Source: a virus | IMG/VR virus record: IMGVR_UViG_3300036770_001413 | Location: 1 to 64,000 of that record | Strand: one strand, 5' to 3' | Length of the DNA stretch: 64,000 bases | Shown here: positions 18,394 through 27,486 of the stretch, piece after piece | Layout of the letters: each line of letters opens with the position of its first letter | Numbering within the stretch: the first letter of the stretch is position 1 | Notes under the pieces: model-generated | Seen by the model: the letters and a program-made list of their open reading frames with translations, nothing else | Told to the model about the DNA's origin: nothing | Databases searched by the model: none | Made by a program: the position numbers and the translations under genes

Positions 18394-18443
18394 TATTTCC
18401 TTAAGTTAGTAATAAACTGCAGATAGCAGTTTATATGCTACGA

Positions 18444-18471
18444 ATTGTAGCATTTGGTTTTATATTGTCAA
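18444..18471 (-). promoter_or_regulatory. Near-consensus sigma70/SigA promoter TTGACA-N16-TACAAT with extended TG, head of the replication operon
   Basis: -35 at 18466-18471, -10 at 18444-18449. Confidence 0.75.
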
Positions 18472-18474
18472 GGG

Positions 18475-18912
18475 TTATTCAATCTCTTTCATTTGAATAG
18501 CTATGTAATTAATTTTAACTTTTTGACTTAGCTTATCAGTTGAGCATACTTCTATTCTACCCTGAGTAGTGCTTGATGTCGATGCTCTTATCGTTAATCC
18601 AGCAGAGTCTTTATTAATATCAGAAGCTATACTCGCAACAATAATTGGAACATCTGTAAATGCTTTATTTTTAAAAGTTACTGCATCAGAACGGCAGGCT
18701 CCAGGGGCTGTCTCTATTTCTACTGATCCAATTTCTACAATAGGAAATACCTTTACTTCTTTTTGAAGATTGCCGATAGTCTGACTTGTAGTCTGGCTTA
18801 GGTTGTAATTAGACTGGAATACGCTTGTAACATTTCTTTGAATTTGATTTAACTTATTAACATCTAAAGGCTCACCCGCATTAAATATTACGTCGGGATT
18901 ATATTCTGTCAT
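18475..18912 (-). CDS. Small tail-fibre-associated protein (gp53-like/H-lectin-like C-terminal beta domain)
   Basis: GEPLDVNKLN N-terminus, F...P.IVAS...INYIAI C-terminus. Confidence 0.55.
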   Translation of the reverse strand: MTEYNPDVIFNAGEPLDVNKLNQIQRNVTSVFQSNYNLSQTTSQTIGNLQKEVKVFPIVEIGSVEIETAPGACRSDAVTFKNKAFTDVPIIVASIASDINKDSAGLTIRASTSSTTQGRIEVCSTDKLSQKVKINYIAIQMKEIE

Positions 18913-19298
18913 AAGTTATCTCCTAGTTCATGCATATTTGCTTCCGCCTCAGATACTTCAATAACAGATTTACGGTTTAGGCCGTATCTATCAAAAGAAT
19001 CTGGGTCGACTATATGCCGCTTTTTATTCTGCGATATTAAATACATTTTACCATCCGCTATATTCTTTATCAAAGAGCCATCACGGAATCCTAATTTGCC
19101 TACTAGCTTTATTCCTGCCACCGCTTGTTCTGTGGCATTTACGGTTGTAAAGAACCACGACTTGGCGGCACGATCAGAAATAAGCTTATAGCGCTTGTTG
19201 TCCTTAATCCAATATATTCCCTTATCTGTCTTGACTGCAAGACCTGATGGGAATATAGTAGGACTAATTACTGTCGCTGTCTTCGGTCTTCGAAGCAT
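18909..19298 (-). CDS. Protein with two G-x-L-[IV]-K...Y-x-I...KR repeats (possible surface-binding repeat)
   Basis: GLAVKTDKGIYWIKDNKRY and GSLIKNIADGKMYLISQNKKRH; start likely ATG 19298. Confidence 0.6.
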   Translation of the reverse strand: MLRRPKTATVISPTIFPSGLAVKTDKGIYWIKDNKRYKLISDRAAKSWFFTTVNATEQAVAGIKLVGKLGFRDGSLIKNIADGKMYLISQNKKRHIVDPDSFDRYGLNRKSVIEVSEAEANMHELGDNL

Positions 19299-19419
19299 TT
19301 TTCTCATTAAGAAGTTGAGTAACTTCTGCACGTAAAATTGCAACTTGAGTTTCATAATTTGATACAATCTCTCCAATGCGTTGTTGAAGGGCGGTGATAA
19401 CTAGTTCTGCTTTTTCCAT
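19264..19419 (-). CDS. 51-aa coiled-coil protein (not in ORF track)
   Basis: MEKAELVITALQQRIGEIVSNYETQVAILRAEVTQLLNEKNASKTEDSDSN; SD AGGAG. Confidence 0.75.
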   Translation of the reverse strand: MEKAELVITALQQRIGEIVSNYETQVAILRAEVTQLLNEKNASKTEDSDSN

Positions 19420-19450
19420 TATTCTCCTAATGTAGACCTAAAGGATACCA

Positions 19451-21718
19451 TTATCCTTCTAGGGCGTCAAGCCTTGTTTTAATACTAATTAGCTCTTGAT
19501 TTAAATTTTGAATTAGGGCTAGCATTCCTGGTACAATAAATCTTTCATTCCAAGTATGTGGTTGCCCCTCTGAATAATCTACCGCTATTGGGTAGTGTTC
19601 TTCTACCTCTTCAGCAATGAATCCAGGGAGAGGCTTATTAAATCTATCGTCCTCTTCAGATATGTATCCAGATTTATATGTAAAAGATCTTACTGGTAGG
19701 TTTAATAAGTTGCTCGGATTTAAATCGTTTAAAGTAGATATATCATTTATATTCTCTTTAAATCTAATACTAGATGCGCTTGTTTCTTGAATTTCTCCAA
19801 TTGCTCCTGTTGCTACTCTTAAATTAGTTCCAGCCGTTGATGTGCTTAAGTTTGGAGCAAACATCGTGCCATTAAATGTAGATGAACCATCTACCTGGAG
19901 CCCGTTAAACATTCTAAAATCCCCAAGAGCGCTATTGCCTGAATTTGTTGATTGTACATAATATGAAGAACTGCCCTGCAATAATGCTGTTGAAAAACTT
20001 AATTGCACCTTTGGATAGCTTGAACCTGTTGAGTCTGGTGTACTTCCGTAATGCATAAGTATGCCAGCTGTTCCAAGAGGCAATACATTCCCAGATATCG
20101 AGCCTGCAACTTTAAATTGTAATGCATTGCTAGCTCCATTCATAATTACAGAGTATGTGCCAGATGAAGTTTGAACAGTTCCACCTGTTACTGTTGCGCC
20201 AGTGATTTCTCCAGTTGTTCCATTTAAAACTACAGATCCAGATGTACTTTGAAGTCCGCTTGATGTTATTGTCCATCCACTAGCTCCGTTGGCTGACCCT
20301 ATATATCCAGCAGTAGCTTTTAATGTTCCAGAAATATCTGCCGATGTGGCAGTTAAAATTCCACTTGTATTTACAGAAAAAGCACCAGATGATGTAGATA
20401 TTTGTGTTGCTGTTAGTGATCCTGTTACTGTCAAGCCTCCCCCAAGTGGAGCTTGTAATACTGCAGTTCCTCCGTTGTAAATGTATAGTCCTGCCGCAAC
20501 AGCTCCTACGGCAGCGCTAGATATTTCTATTCTAGAAGAACCCGCAGTTCCTGCACGAATAAAGGATGTAGCGCTAAGAGTTCCAGATTCAAGATTATTT
20601 ACAGATATTGTTCCAGCAGAAAGTTTTGTTACATCAATAGTTCCAGCTAAAATTTTACCAGCAGTAACTGCATTTGTTGCAATCTTATCAGCTGTAATTG
20701 CTGAAGAAACTATCTTGTCTGCCGTAATTGCATTTGCTACAATTTTAGGAGAAGTAACAGCATCAGATGCAATTTTAGTCTCTGTAATTGCTGATGTAGC
20801 AATTTTTGCAGCAGTAACTGCATCGTCTACCAATTTAGCATTTGTAATAATTTGATCTGCCAAATCACTAGCTATTGCAGATCTTGCACCTAAAGCCTGA
20901 CTTGTTACATTTGCAGATATTGAAGATTCTACTGGCGGACTAGCTCTATTTACAGAACTTGCATGTATGTATACTGGAGTATCGTATCTAACATATGTTC
21001 CGTCAACTGGAATTACTATTTTATTTGTAGTTTTATTAGCCGTCATTTGGCCAACTTTTATATATGTTCCACCTGTTGCAGAAGAAGATGTTCCTGCATA
21101 TATATTTACAGCTTGAAATCCATACCATTCAGCGTCGCCTGTATATGTGCCGTCCCAATTAACCTGTATGCCACCCAAAACTCTTTCTGAAGAGAATCCT
21201 TTTGGGGTTACTGGAGCTTGAACTTGTTCTTCTAGTGGAGCAACGGTAACAGATCTAGATATACTAGCTAATGACTCTGCTCCATTAACAGTTTGTATTT
21301 TGAGAACCACTATATAAATTCCAGGCTCTGCTGGAAATGTCCTTGTTTCTGCTTTCTTAAAAAATCCCGCTGGTTTAGTTCCGTCACCGAATGATCCGCC
21401 AGTAATGTAAATATTTACTCTATCGAAATCTGTTGCTACTGTTCCTCCAGAAAATCCTCCCCATGATACTTTAATAAATCCAGGAAGTCCTTCTACGTCT
21501 GCAGAATTTAAGTCTGGTGCTACTGGAACTGTTTTTGCTTGTGAATTTAAAGTTTTTACAGGGCCCCACTGTCCAAAACTTCCGTCTTTAAATTTCCATC
21601 TAAACTCAACAGGATATTCTTGCTCTAATTCTAATTCAGTTATAGTTACAAGAAAATAATTACCATCCTCAAATGATTCGCTTGAATCCTGCAATAGGTC
21701 TTCATATAACTCTGACAT
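19451..21718 (-). CDS. Central tail fibre/spike with FN3-like domains, 10-aa A[VI]TAxKIA repeats and C-terminal S74 intramolecular chaperone
   Basis: Repeats AVTAAKIATSAITETKIASDAVTSPKIV...; SSIRFKENI...GFIAEEV...coiled coil. Confidence 0.85.
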   Translation of the reverse strand: MSELYEDLLQDSSESFEDGNYFLVTITELELEQEYPVEFRWKFKDGSFGQWGPVKTLNSQAKTVPVAPDLNSADVEGLPGFIKVSWGGFSGGTVATDFDRVNIYITGGSFGDGTKPAGFFKKAETRTFPAEPGIYIVVLKIQTVNGAESLASISRSVTVAPLEEQVQAPVTPKGFSSERVLGGIQVNWDGTYTGDAEWYGFQAVNIYAGTSSSATGGTYIKVGQMTANKTTNKIVIPVDGTYVRYDTPVYIHASSVNRASPPVESSISANVTSQALGARSAIASDLADQIITNAKLVDDAVTAAKIATSAITETKIASDAVTSPKIVANAITADKIVSSAITADKIATNAVTAGKILAGTIDVTKLSAGTISVNNLESGTLSATSFIRAGTAGSSRIEISSAAVGAVAAGLYIYNGGTAVLQAPLGGGLTVTGSLTATQISTSSGAFSVNTSGILTATSADISGTLKATAGYIGSANGASGWTITSSGLQSTSGSVVLNGTTGEITGATVTGGTVQTSSGTYSVIMNGASNALQFKVAGSISGNVLPLGTAGILMHYGSTPDSTGSSYPKVQLSFSTALLQGSSSYYVQSTNSGNSALGDFRMFNGLQVDGSSTFNGTMFAPNLSTSTAGTNLRVATGAIGEIQETSASSIRFKENINDISTLNDLNPSNLLNLPVRSFTYKSGYISEEDDRFNKPLPGFIAEEVEEHYPIAVDYSEGQPHTWNERFIVPGMLALIQNLNQELISIKTRLDALEG

Positions 21719-21719
21719 A

Positions 21720-22655
21720 CTAGAAGCTCAAATCTAATCTATATTCTACGTCTACTTGTCTTCCCGCCACTTTTGAAATTGGCGTAGTTAAATGAGATCT
21801 GCTTATTAATCCAAATATTGGATCAAATGTATCTTCATCATTTATTCTAAGTCCGTCTAGACCAACCGATGTTGCTCCTCCTGAACTTGCGGTTACTGTA
21901 ATTCCAATTTCATTTATATTTGTTATGTCTGGGGCGGGGGAGGTAGCGCCAGCAAATAATGTTGATAATAAAATATTTGAAGATAATTTATATCCAGTTC
22001 CTGCTGTCGGAGTAACTGTAACCTCATAATACTTTGAAGCTTCGCTATAGAGCCTTATTTTAATTGTAGATAGGTTTGCATCTTCTCTGTAATAAGCTAA
22101 TCGAATAGAATCTGCTTCACTATATCCAGATAAATCTAAAGCTTGTATAGACGACTTATATTCAGTTGAAGAACTTGTATTGGCAGACATTCTTAATAGG
22201 TTTCCGCCAATTCTATAATTAGATGTAGTAGTTAATGGATTTACTCCTGCGGATGTTTCCCAGTCTAGTAAGTCATCAAAATCAGTTAAAAATTTACTAT
22301 CAAAATTGTTTATTGATGACCTATTTGTTGGATACAAACCAATTTCATATATTTCTGCAACAACATCTTGCGGAATAGTTGTTTTATAAACAACAGAGTA
22401 TGTTGTAACTCCACTTGTTGTTTGTATATCAGTTGATCCAAAAAGAACAGGAAGCCTGTAAAATTCAAAACCTAATCTTGTATCATTAACAGTTGCTGCG
22501 GTGGAGTCAATTCCGAAGGCCATATCTTTATTAGAATTTAAAATATTACCAGCAATAAAGTTAGTCAAAAATCTTTTACCAAATTTAGTAATTACGTTTG
22601 ACTTACGAAATATCTCTTTTCCATTCTCATAAAATATGTATGTTCCTTTTATCAT
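21720..22655 (-). CDS. Minor tail/baseplate protein
   Basis: NVITKFGKR...RLGFEFYR...EIGLY...VEYRL pattern, position in tail tip cluster. Confidence 0.7.
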   Translation of the reverse strand: MIKGTYIFYENGKEIFRKSNVITKFGKRFLTNFIAGNILNSNKDMAFGIDSTAATVNDTRLGFEFYRLPVLFGSTDIQTTSGVTTYSVVYKTTIPQDVVAEIYEIGLYPTNRSSINNFDSKFLTDFDDLLDWETSAGVNPLTTTSNYRIGGNLLRMSANTSSSTEYKSSIQALDLSGYSEADSIRLAYYREDANLSTIKIRLYSEASKYYEVTVTPTAGTGYKLSSNILLSTLFAGATSPAPDITNINEIGITVTASSGGATSVGLDGLRINDEDTFDPIFGLISRSHLTTPISKVAGRQVDVEYRLDLSF

Positions 22656-23041
22656 TACGCTCCCCTAGGCTGATATATTCTGGCATCGACACCATCAACA
22701 TCTTTTTTATTTTTACTAGCATTTCTAATTTTAATAACTACTTTTAATTTTTCAATTTTTGAAACTGGATCAAAATATTTAATATATTGAATATCTTCAA
22801 TATCTGAAAGTTGAGGTACATCTGCTGATTCACTTATTACTTCTTGTGCTGATATTGGTGATCCTGAAGTTAATGAGCCGCTTAAAAAAGAAGATACTCC
22901 TGTTCCGCTTACTTTATATTCTGAATCTTCGCCAATAATAATAACTTCACTTGGGTCATACCAAACTAAATCTGGGTGCCCTGCTGGAAGTACTCTTTTT
23001 GTAGTAGAGACTATGCTGGATTTAGAAACTCTTTTTGCCAT
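22655..23041 (-). CDS. Hypothetical tail-cluster protein
   Basis: Leaderless start, TAATG-coupled to next gene. Confidence 0.65.
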   Translation of the reverse strand: MAKRVSKSSIVSTTKRVLPAGHPDLVWYDPSEVIIIGEDSEYKVSGTGVSSFLSGSLTSGSPISAQEVISESADVPQLSDIEDIQYIKYFDPVSKIEKLKVVIKIRNASKNKKDVDGVDARIYQPRGA

Positions 23042-23047
23042 TTTTTA

Positions 23048-23056
23048 ATTATACCA
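23048..23056 (-). promoter_or_regulatory. Extended -10 promoter TGGTATAAT, 6 nt before ATG (leaderless)
   Basis: TGGTATAAT-taaaaa-ATG, no SD. Confidence 0.7.
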
Positions 23057-23066
23057 TTTAGTTGAA

Positions 23067-24749
23067 CTAAAGAGTTCGTCCAACTATTTCGGTTTCTAGT
23101 CCTTCCTGATACCTTTGCGATACCTTTACAACTATAATTTTTTGAGTACCCGTGAAGCCTTGGTAAGGATAGTTTATAGTTATGATATCTCCTACCGATA
23201 TGAGTGGGTTTCCAAATACTTTCATTGTTATTATATTAGCCTTATTTACTACCCGCCCCTGTATCCATTCAGCTAAGGATTTAACGTCTTTTTGGTTTTG
23301 TAGCCAAACAGATTCAAAAATGACTGGCTCAGATGATGCATATTCGTTTACTGAGGATGTATCATATTCTATCTCGCCAGAAAATCCTATTGTATTGCCA
23401 TAAATAGATAATTGATTTACCCCTTTGTCTGAAAGAGGAACTGTTATTGATGTATTATTTAAAACTAAAACATCTGCCTTAAAATTATCATAACTCTGTC
23501 CAATTATTTTAGCTAGCTTATTTCCACCAGTTGTCCATCTAATTGGAATAGATGGTGCGCTACCAAACCTTACTGTTTTTCTAGATATCTCTCTAACTAC
23601 CGTTCCAAATTCATCAAAGGCATTTTGCTTAGTTGTCATATCAACATCTTCGTTTGATGCATTATATAACATGTCTCCGTATGATAAATCTAAAAAGTCT
23701 TTTGTAAATTGACCATTATAGAAATTTAAAGATTGATAGTCTCGATCATAAAGCTCAGCATTAATTGATTCCCCATATACATAATCAAATTTACTTGTTC
23801 CCGACAATCCCACTAAGGCAATCTTATTTGTTGGATCTAAAATTGTTTTATCAGATTGAGATATAGTTGTATCTGAGGCCTCTACTTTAAAGCCGTTAAC
23901 ATATGCAGTTATCGTAATTGTTTTATTTACTATTTTTACTTTAACGTCAACATTATAAACTGTTCCTGCAAATAATTGATCAAGAGTTGCTCTATTTCCT
24001 TTTTGAGAATCTTTTAGCTTTATAATTCTTTTTTTATCTAATTTAAATATTTTTAATGGCGATGAATTTGCCGAAGCTGCAGTTGCGCTTGTTTCTAAAG
24101 AAATAAAATATCCAGAAACATTAGATTCATCAAAAAAGAATCCTATGGCAGCACCTTGAGGCTTATATTTAATTAGGGGCTCAAATATAACGGATGTACC
24201 AAATGCATAGTAGCTTTCTGTATAATTTTTTACAGGTCTGGCGAAAGCCCCTTCGCCAAAAGTTGATGTGGTAGAAACGGGTAGCTGTATGGCATTGAAG
24301 CTCTTGTAAGCATAAGTATACTCATTATCTCTTTTTTCACCGCCCTTTATAGTCAAAAATGATTTAGCGGTTACCTTTTCTCCAATTTCTTTTGGCGATC
24401 CTGTTTTGGAGGGTGAAGAAGTTGTAGAAGAAAGTTTATGAAAAACTTGCATTTGATTGCCTTGGCCCGAAGAGTTAGAAAGTTTTGTAGTTACTTTATA
24501 TAATGCATTAGCTGTAAGCCCAGTTATAGCTATTCCATTTGATGCTGATGTCTGTGTCTGCTCGGCACCATCAGTTGTAGTTTCATTTAACATTTTTTGA
24601 TATGTTACTGAGTAGGTGGTTGGAGTTCCTGAAACACCGAGCATTGATATTGTTACAGTCATTGTAGTTGAAGTCGATGTAATTCCTGGGCTAAATACCT
24701 GATAAAGTTCTGGGATGCTGCTTCCCCCATTTATTGTTCTATAATACAT
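23067..24749 (-). CDS. Tail tip/baseplate hub protein, C-terminal part (FN3-like and lectin-like region plus hub C-terminus)
   Basis: ESVWLQ...GNPLISVGDIITI hub-type C-terminus; TAATG-coupled start at 24749. Confidence 0.7.
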   Translation of the reverse strand: MYYRTINGGSSIPELYQVFSPGITSTSTTMTVTISMLGVSGTPTTYSVTYQKMLNETTTDGAEQTQTSASNGIAITGLTANALYKVTTKLSNSSGQGNQMQVFHKLSSTTSSPSKTGSPKEIGEKVTAKSFLTIKGGEKRDNEYTYAYKSFNAIQLPVSTTSTFGEGAFARPVKNYTESYYAFGTSVIFEPLIKYKPQGAAIGFFFDESNVSGYFISLETSATAASANSSPLKIFKLDKKRIIKLKDSQKGNRATLDQLFAGTVYNVDVKVKIVNKTITITAYVNGFKVEASDTTISQSDKTILDPTNKIALVGLSGTSKFDYVYGESINAELYDRDYQSLNFYNGQFTKDFLDLSYGDMLYNASNEDVDMTTKQNAFDEFGTVVREISRKTVRFGSAPSIPIRWTTGGNKLAKIIGQSYDNFKADVLVLNNTSITVPLSDKGVNQLSIYGNTIGFSGEIEYDTSSVNEYASSEPVIFESVWLQNQKDVKSLAEWIQGRVVNKANIITMKVFGNPLISVGDIITINYPYQGFTGTQKIIVVKVSQRYQEGLETEIVGRTL

Positions 24750-27001
24750 TAGCGCCACTCATCCGTTTTCTGAAACCATGCACTTAATGATGTAGAGGCT
24801 GTTGATGTATGTGCGGCTGGGGTGGTCCCAAAAACACCTCTAGCTTTAATTCTGTATTTTCCAGTTGGCTTAAAGTATTCTGGTCCAGTTTTTGAAAGTG
24901 CTCTATATTGTGCCCAATCTCCTTCTGAGCCAATAAATACTGGTATCCCTTCATTGCTAGAACTACTTAAAGGAACATATTTGAATTGTATTGCATCATA
25001 CTCAAAAACTTCTGAATTTACTAAAAAATATCCAGAGTAATTAAAAGTAGATTCTAGTTTTGTTAACGGATCTAAATTGTCAATATCAATATCAAAATCA
25101 ATTAACTCTGCTGGTGTATCTGCTGCAATATCAAATCTTAGTCCGCCTGATATTAAAAATGAAGGTTCAGACGCCCACAAATCAGTTGCAGTTTGAGTAT
25201 ACAAAGAGTTCATTGGGGTCTTCCATATAATTTTCACTTGGTTGGCTGATGCCACTTCTTGTTTATTAAAGTCTATAATATTAGCAAGCTTATTTCCGCT
25301 TTGTTCATAGTGAAATTCCCAGTGTGTTGTTGAACCCTGATACATTTTATCTCTTGTGTAAAATTGCAAAATATTATTTTCATCAAAGTATGCATTCATT
25401 TGAATGTCTCTACATAGTTCTTGTAAGCAATCCCAAACTGTTTTATTATTTTCACTCCACCAAACTGTCAATGTTGGGACTGAAGTATCTATACTTGATC
25501 CGCCGCCGTCTAATAAAATATTCATATTATAGTTAGTAAAACCAATGGAATCTAAAATTCCCATAATAATAGAAGTAACTGGGGCATTTTTATAAATTAA
25601 ATCTGGGATTAGTGTTTCCATTAATTGCTTTGATCCATCTAAAGCTTCAACCTGAACATCACCATATTCTGATATTGAATGAGATTCTAGATAATATGTT
25701 CCCTGTTCTACCCGATCATATTTTAAAGAGCCTTCTGTGACCGCTCCAAGAGAATGAAAAATTTTAAAATGTGGTTTAATTTCTGCATTTTTAGCAAAAT
25801 AAATTACATCATTTGGCACTGGAGAAACTGTCCAATTTTCATCTCTATTGTATGAAAGAACTCTAAGATTTGATTGATTATACTTGTCTAAACTTAAAGT
25901 TAAATTGTTTGCAGTAATATTGCCTACTGGCAATATGTCTGTTGCGCTTGATGTAGACTCTTTGTCTATATCAAAAGATACTATGTCTGATGATATATCC
26001 TTTATCCATCTGGCAGATATTTCTGTGACTCCAATTATTCTTCCAGCCCCCGCCGAAGGTGTTGTGACATTGATAGACTTTATTTCTCTTGGTGCTGGGT
26101 AAGAAATTGCTTGAGATGAACTAAAAGGGGCAGTGGTAGACCAAGATGTACCATTATAATAAACAATAAGCCTGCCATCTGAAGTTGGGACATTTACCGA
26201 TGTAACAGATGCAGTTGTATTGTCTGAATACGTTATTAACAATGAACAGGTTGATGGCAGCGTATGATACTTCTCAAATGCTACAACTATTTTATTTGCT
26301 AATGCTGGCTTTGTTGGAGTAGCACTTCCGCTAGAATTTACTAGAGTTGCAGTTTTAGATAGGCTACTTTCAGAAGCTTCAGCTAAATTATTAGTAACAG
26401 AAAATGTTCTAGAGTCTGGCACATCCGTAATTAATTGATTTGTTAAATTAAATGATGAGTTTCCTGAGCCTGATATGGTTACTCTTTTATTAATAGTAAA
26501 TCCGTGATCTGTTGTGGTTTTATATACAACCTTTGAACCAGTAGCATATGCCTGACTTATAGATGCTGTGGCAATAATATAATTAACTGTAACATTAACT
26601 CCCGTATTTTGTGGAGTAACCCAATATTTATAATAAGTTGTTGATCCAGGATAATATACTCTTGGGGCGGCTGGATAAGGGAGTGTTCTATAGTCGTAAA
26701 ATTTATTTGAACCTTGATGATCTGAGTCTAGATTAATATAATATTTAACACCTGGCAATACTGGTCTAAATGGCTTTAAAATAGAATCTAATGGAAACAA
26801 TTTTTTAAATGGGTTAATTCTAATTAATTGACCAGGCTGCTCATCAATTCCATCTTTATAATTTTGATCGGTTGCTGTTGTAGATATTGTTATATTATCT
26901 AGTAAAGTGTTCATATTGTATTCTATTGTTGCTCCCGCCGAAATATTAACGGTGCGGGAATTATAAAATATATTTTTTAAGTCATTGCTAGCAGTTATCA
27001 T
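24749..27001 (-). CDS. Tail tip/baseplate hub protein, N-terminal part
   Basis: Follows Dit; TVWDCLQELCRDIQMNAYFDENNILQF hub-like motif. Confidence 0.75.
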   Translation of the reverse strand: MITASNDLKNIFYNSRTVNISAGATIEYNMNTLLDNITISTTATDQNYKDGIDEQPGQLIRINPFKKLFPLDSILKPFRPVLPGVKYYINLDSDHQGSNKFYDYRTLPYPAAPRVYYPGSTTYYKYWVTPQNTGVNVTVNYIIATASISQAYATGSKVVYKTTTDHGFTINKRVTISGSGNSSFNLTNQLITDVPDSRTFSVTNNLAEASESSLSKTATLVNSSGSATPTKPALANKIVVAFEKYHTLPSTCSLLITYSDNTTASVTSVNVPTSDGRLIVYYNGTSWSTTAPFSSSQAISYPAPREIKSINVTTPSAGAGRIIGVTEISARWIKDISSDIVSFDIDKESTSSATDILPVGNITANNLTLSLDKYNQSNLRVLSYNRDENWTVSPVPNDVIYFAKNAEIKPHFKIFHSLGAVTEGSLKYDRVEQGTYYLESHSISEYGDVQVEALDGSKQLMETLIPDLIYKNAPVTSIIMGILDSIGFTNYNMNILLDGGGSSIDTSVPTLTVWWSENNKTVWDCLQELCRDIQMNAYFDENNILQFYTRDKMYQGSTTHWEFHYEQSGNKLANIIDFNKQEVASANQVKIIWKTPMNSLYTQTATDLWASEPSFLISGGLRFDIAADTPAELIDFDIDIDNLDPLTKLESTFNYSGYFLVNSEVFEYDAIQFKYVPLSSSSNEGIPVFIGSEGDWAQYRALSKTGPEYFKPTGKYRIKARGVFGTTPAAHTSTASTSLSAWFQKTDEWR

Positions 27002-27486
27002 TATACCTGCTCCATTGACATAGATACGTTATAAAAAGGAACCTCTCCTCGTTTTAAAAGGGTGGCGCTAAACGATGTACAAGAAACTGTATATTCTTCA
27101 TAACCTGAAGATTCTTGACTTGTTCCACTTTTAGCAAAGTTTAATCTAATGTTAAAAGTTCCCTGACCCTCTGTGCTATTGTAAAATTCTATTAAATCTA
27201 ATGCTCCCCATTGCCCATCTACCGTATATCCTCTAGTTCCTGGAAGCATGACCCAAGAAACATCGAACTGTTTTTTATCCGCTACAAAATATTTTCTCAA
27301 AGAGCCGTTTGCCATTCTTTGGGCCTGCTCAATTCTTTGAATAGATATACCTAATTCACTTCTATTGTGTTCACTTAATTTAATCCAGGATTGAGTTGTA
27401 TCACTTGGGTCGGCATAAAGGTCTCTAGCATATACCTGTATTGCAGATCCTCTAGGTAAATAACTAGTTCTATTACCGTTTGTCAT
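27001..27486 (-). CDS. Distal tail protein (Dit)-like
   Basis: Directly after TMP; RMANGSLR...KK.FDVSW..LP motif. Confidence 0.75.
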   Translation of the reverse strand: MTNGNRTSYLPRGSAIQVYARDLYADPSDTTQSWIKLSEHNRSELGISIQRIEQAQRMANGSLRKYFVADKKQFDVSWVMLPGTRGYTVDGQWGALDLIEFYNSTEGQGTFNIRLNFAKSGTSQESSGYEEYTVSCTSFSATLLKRGEVPFYNVSMSMEQV

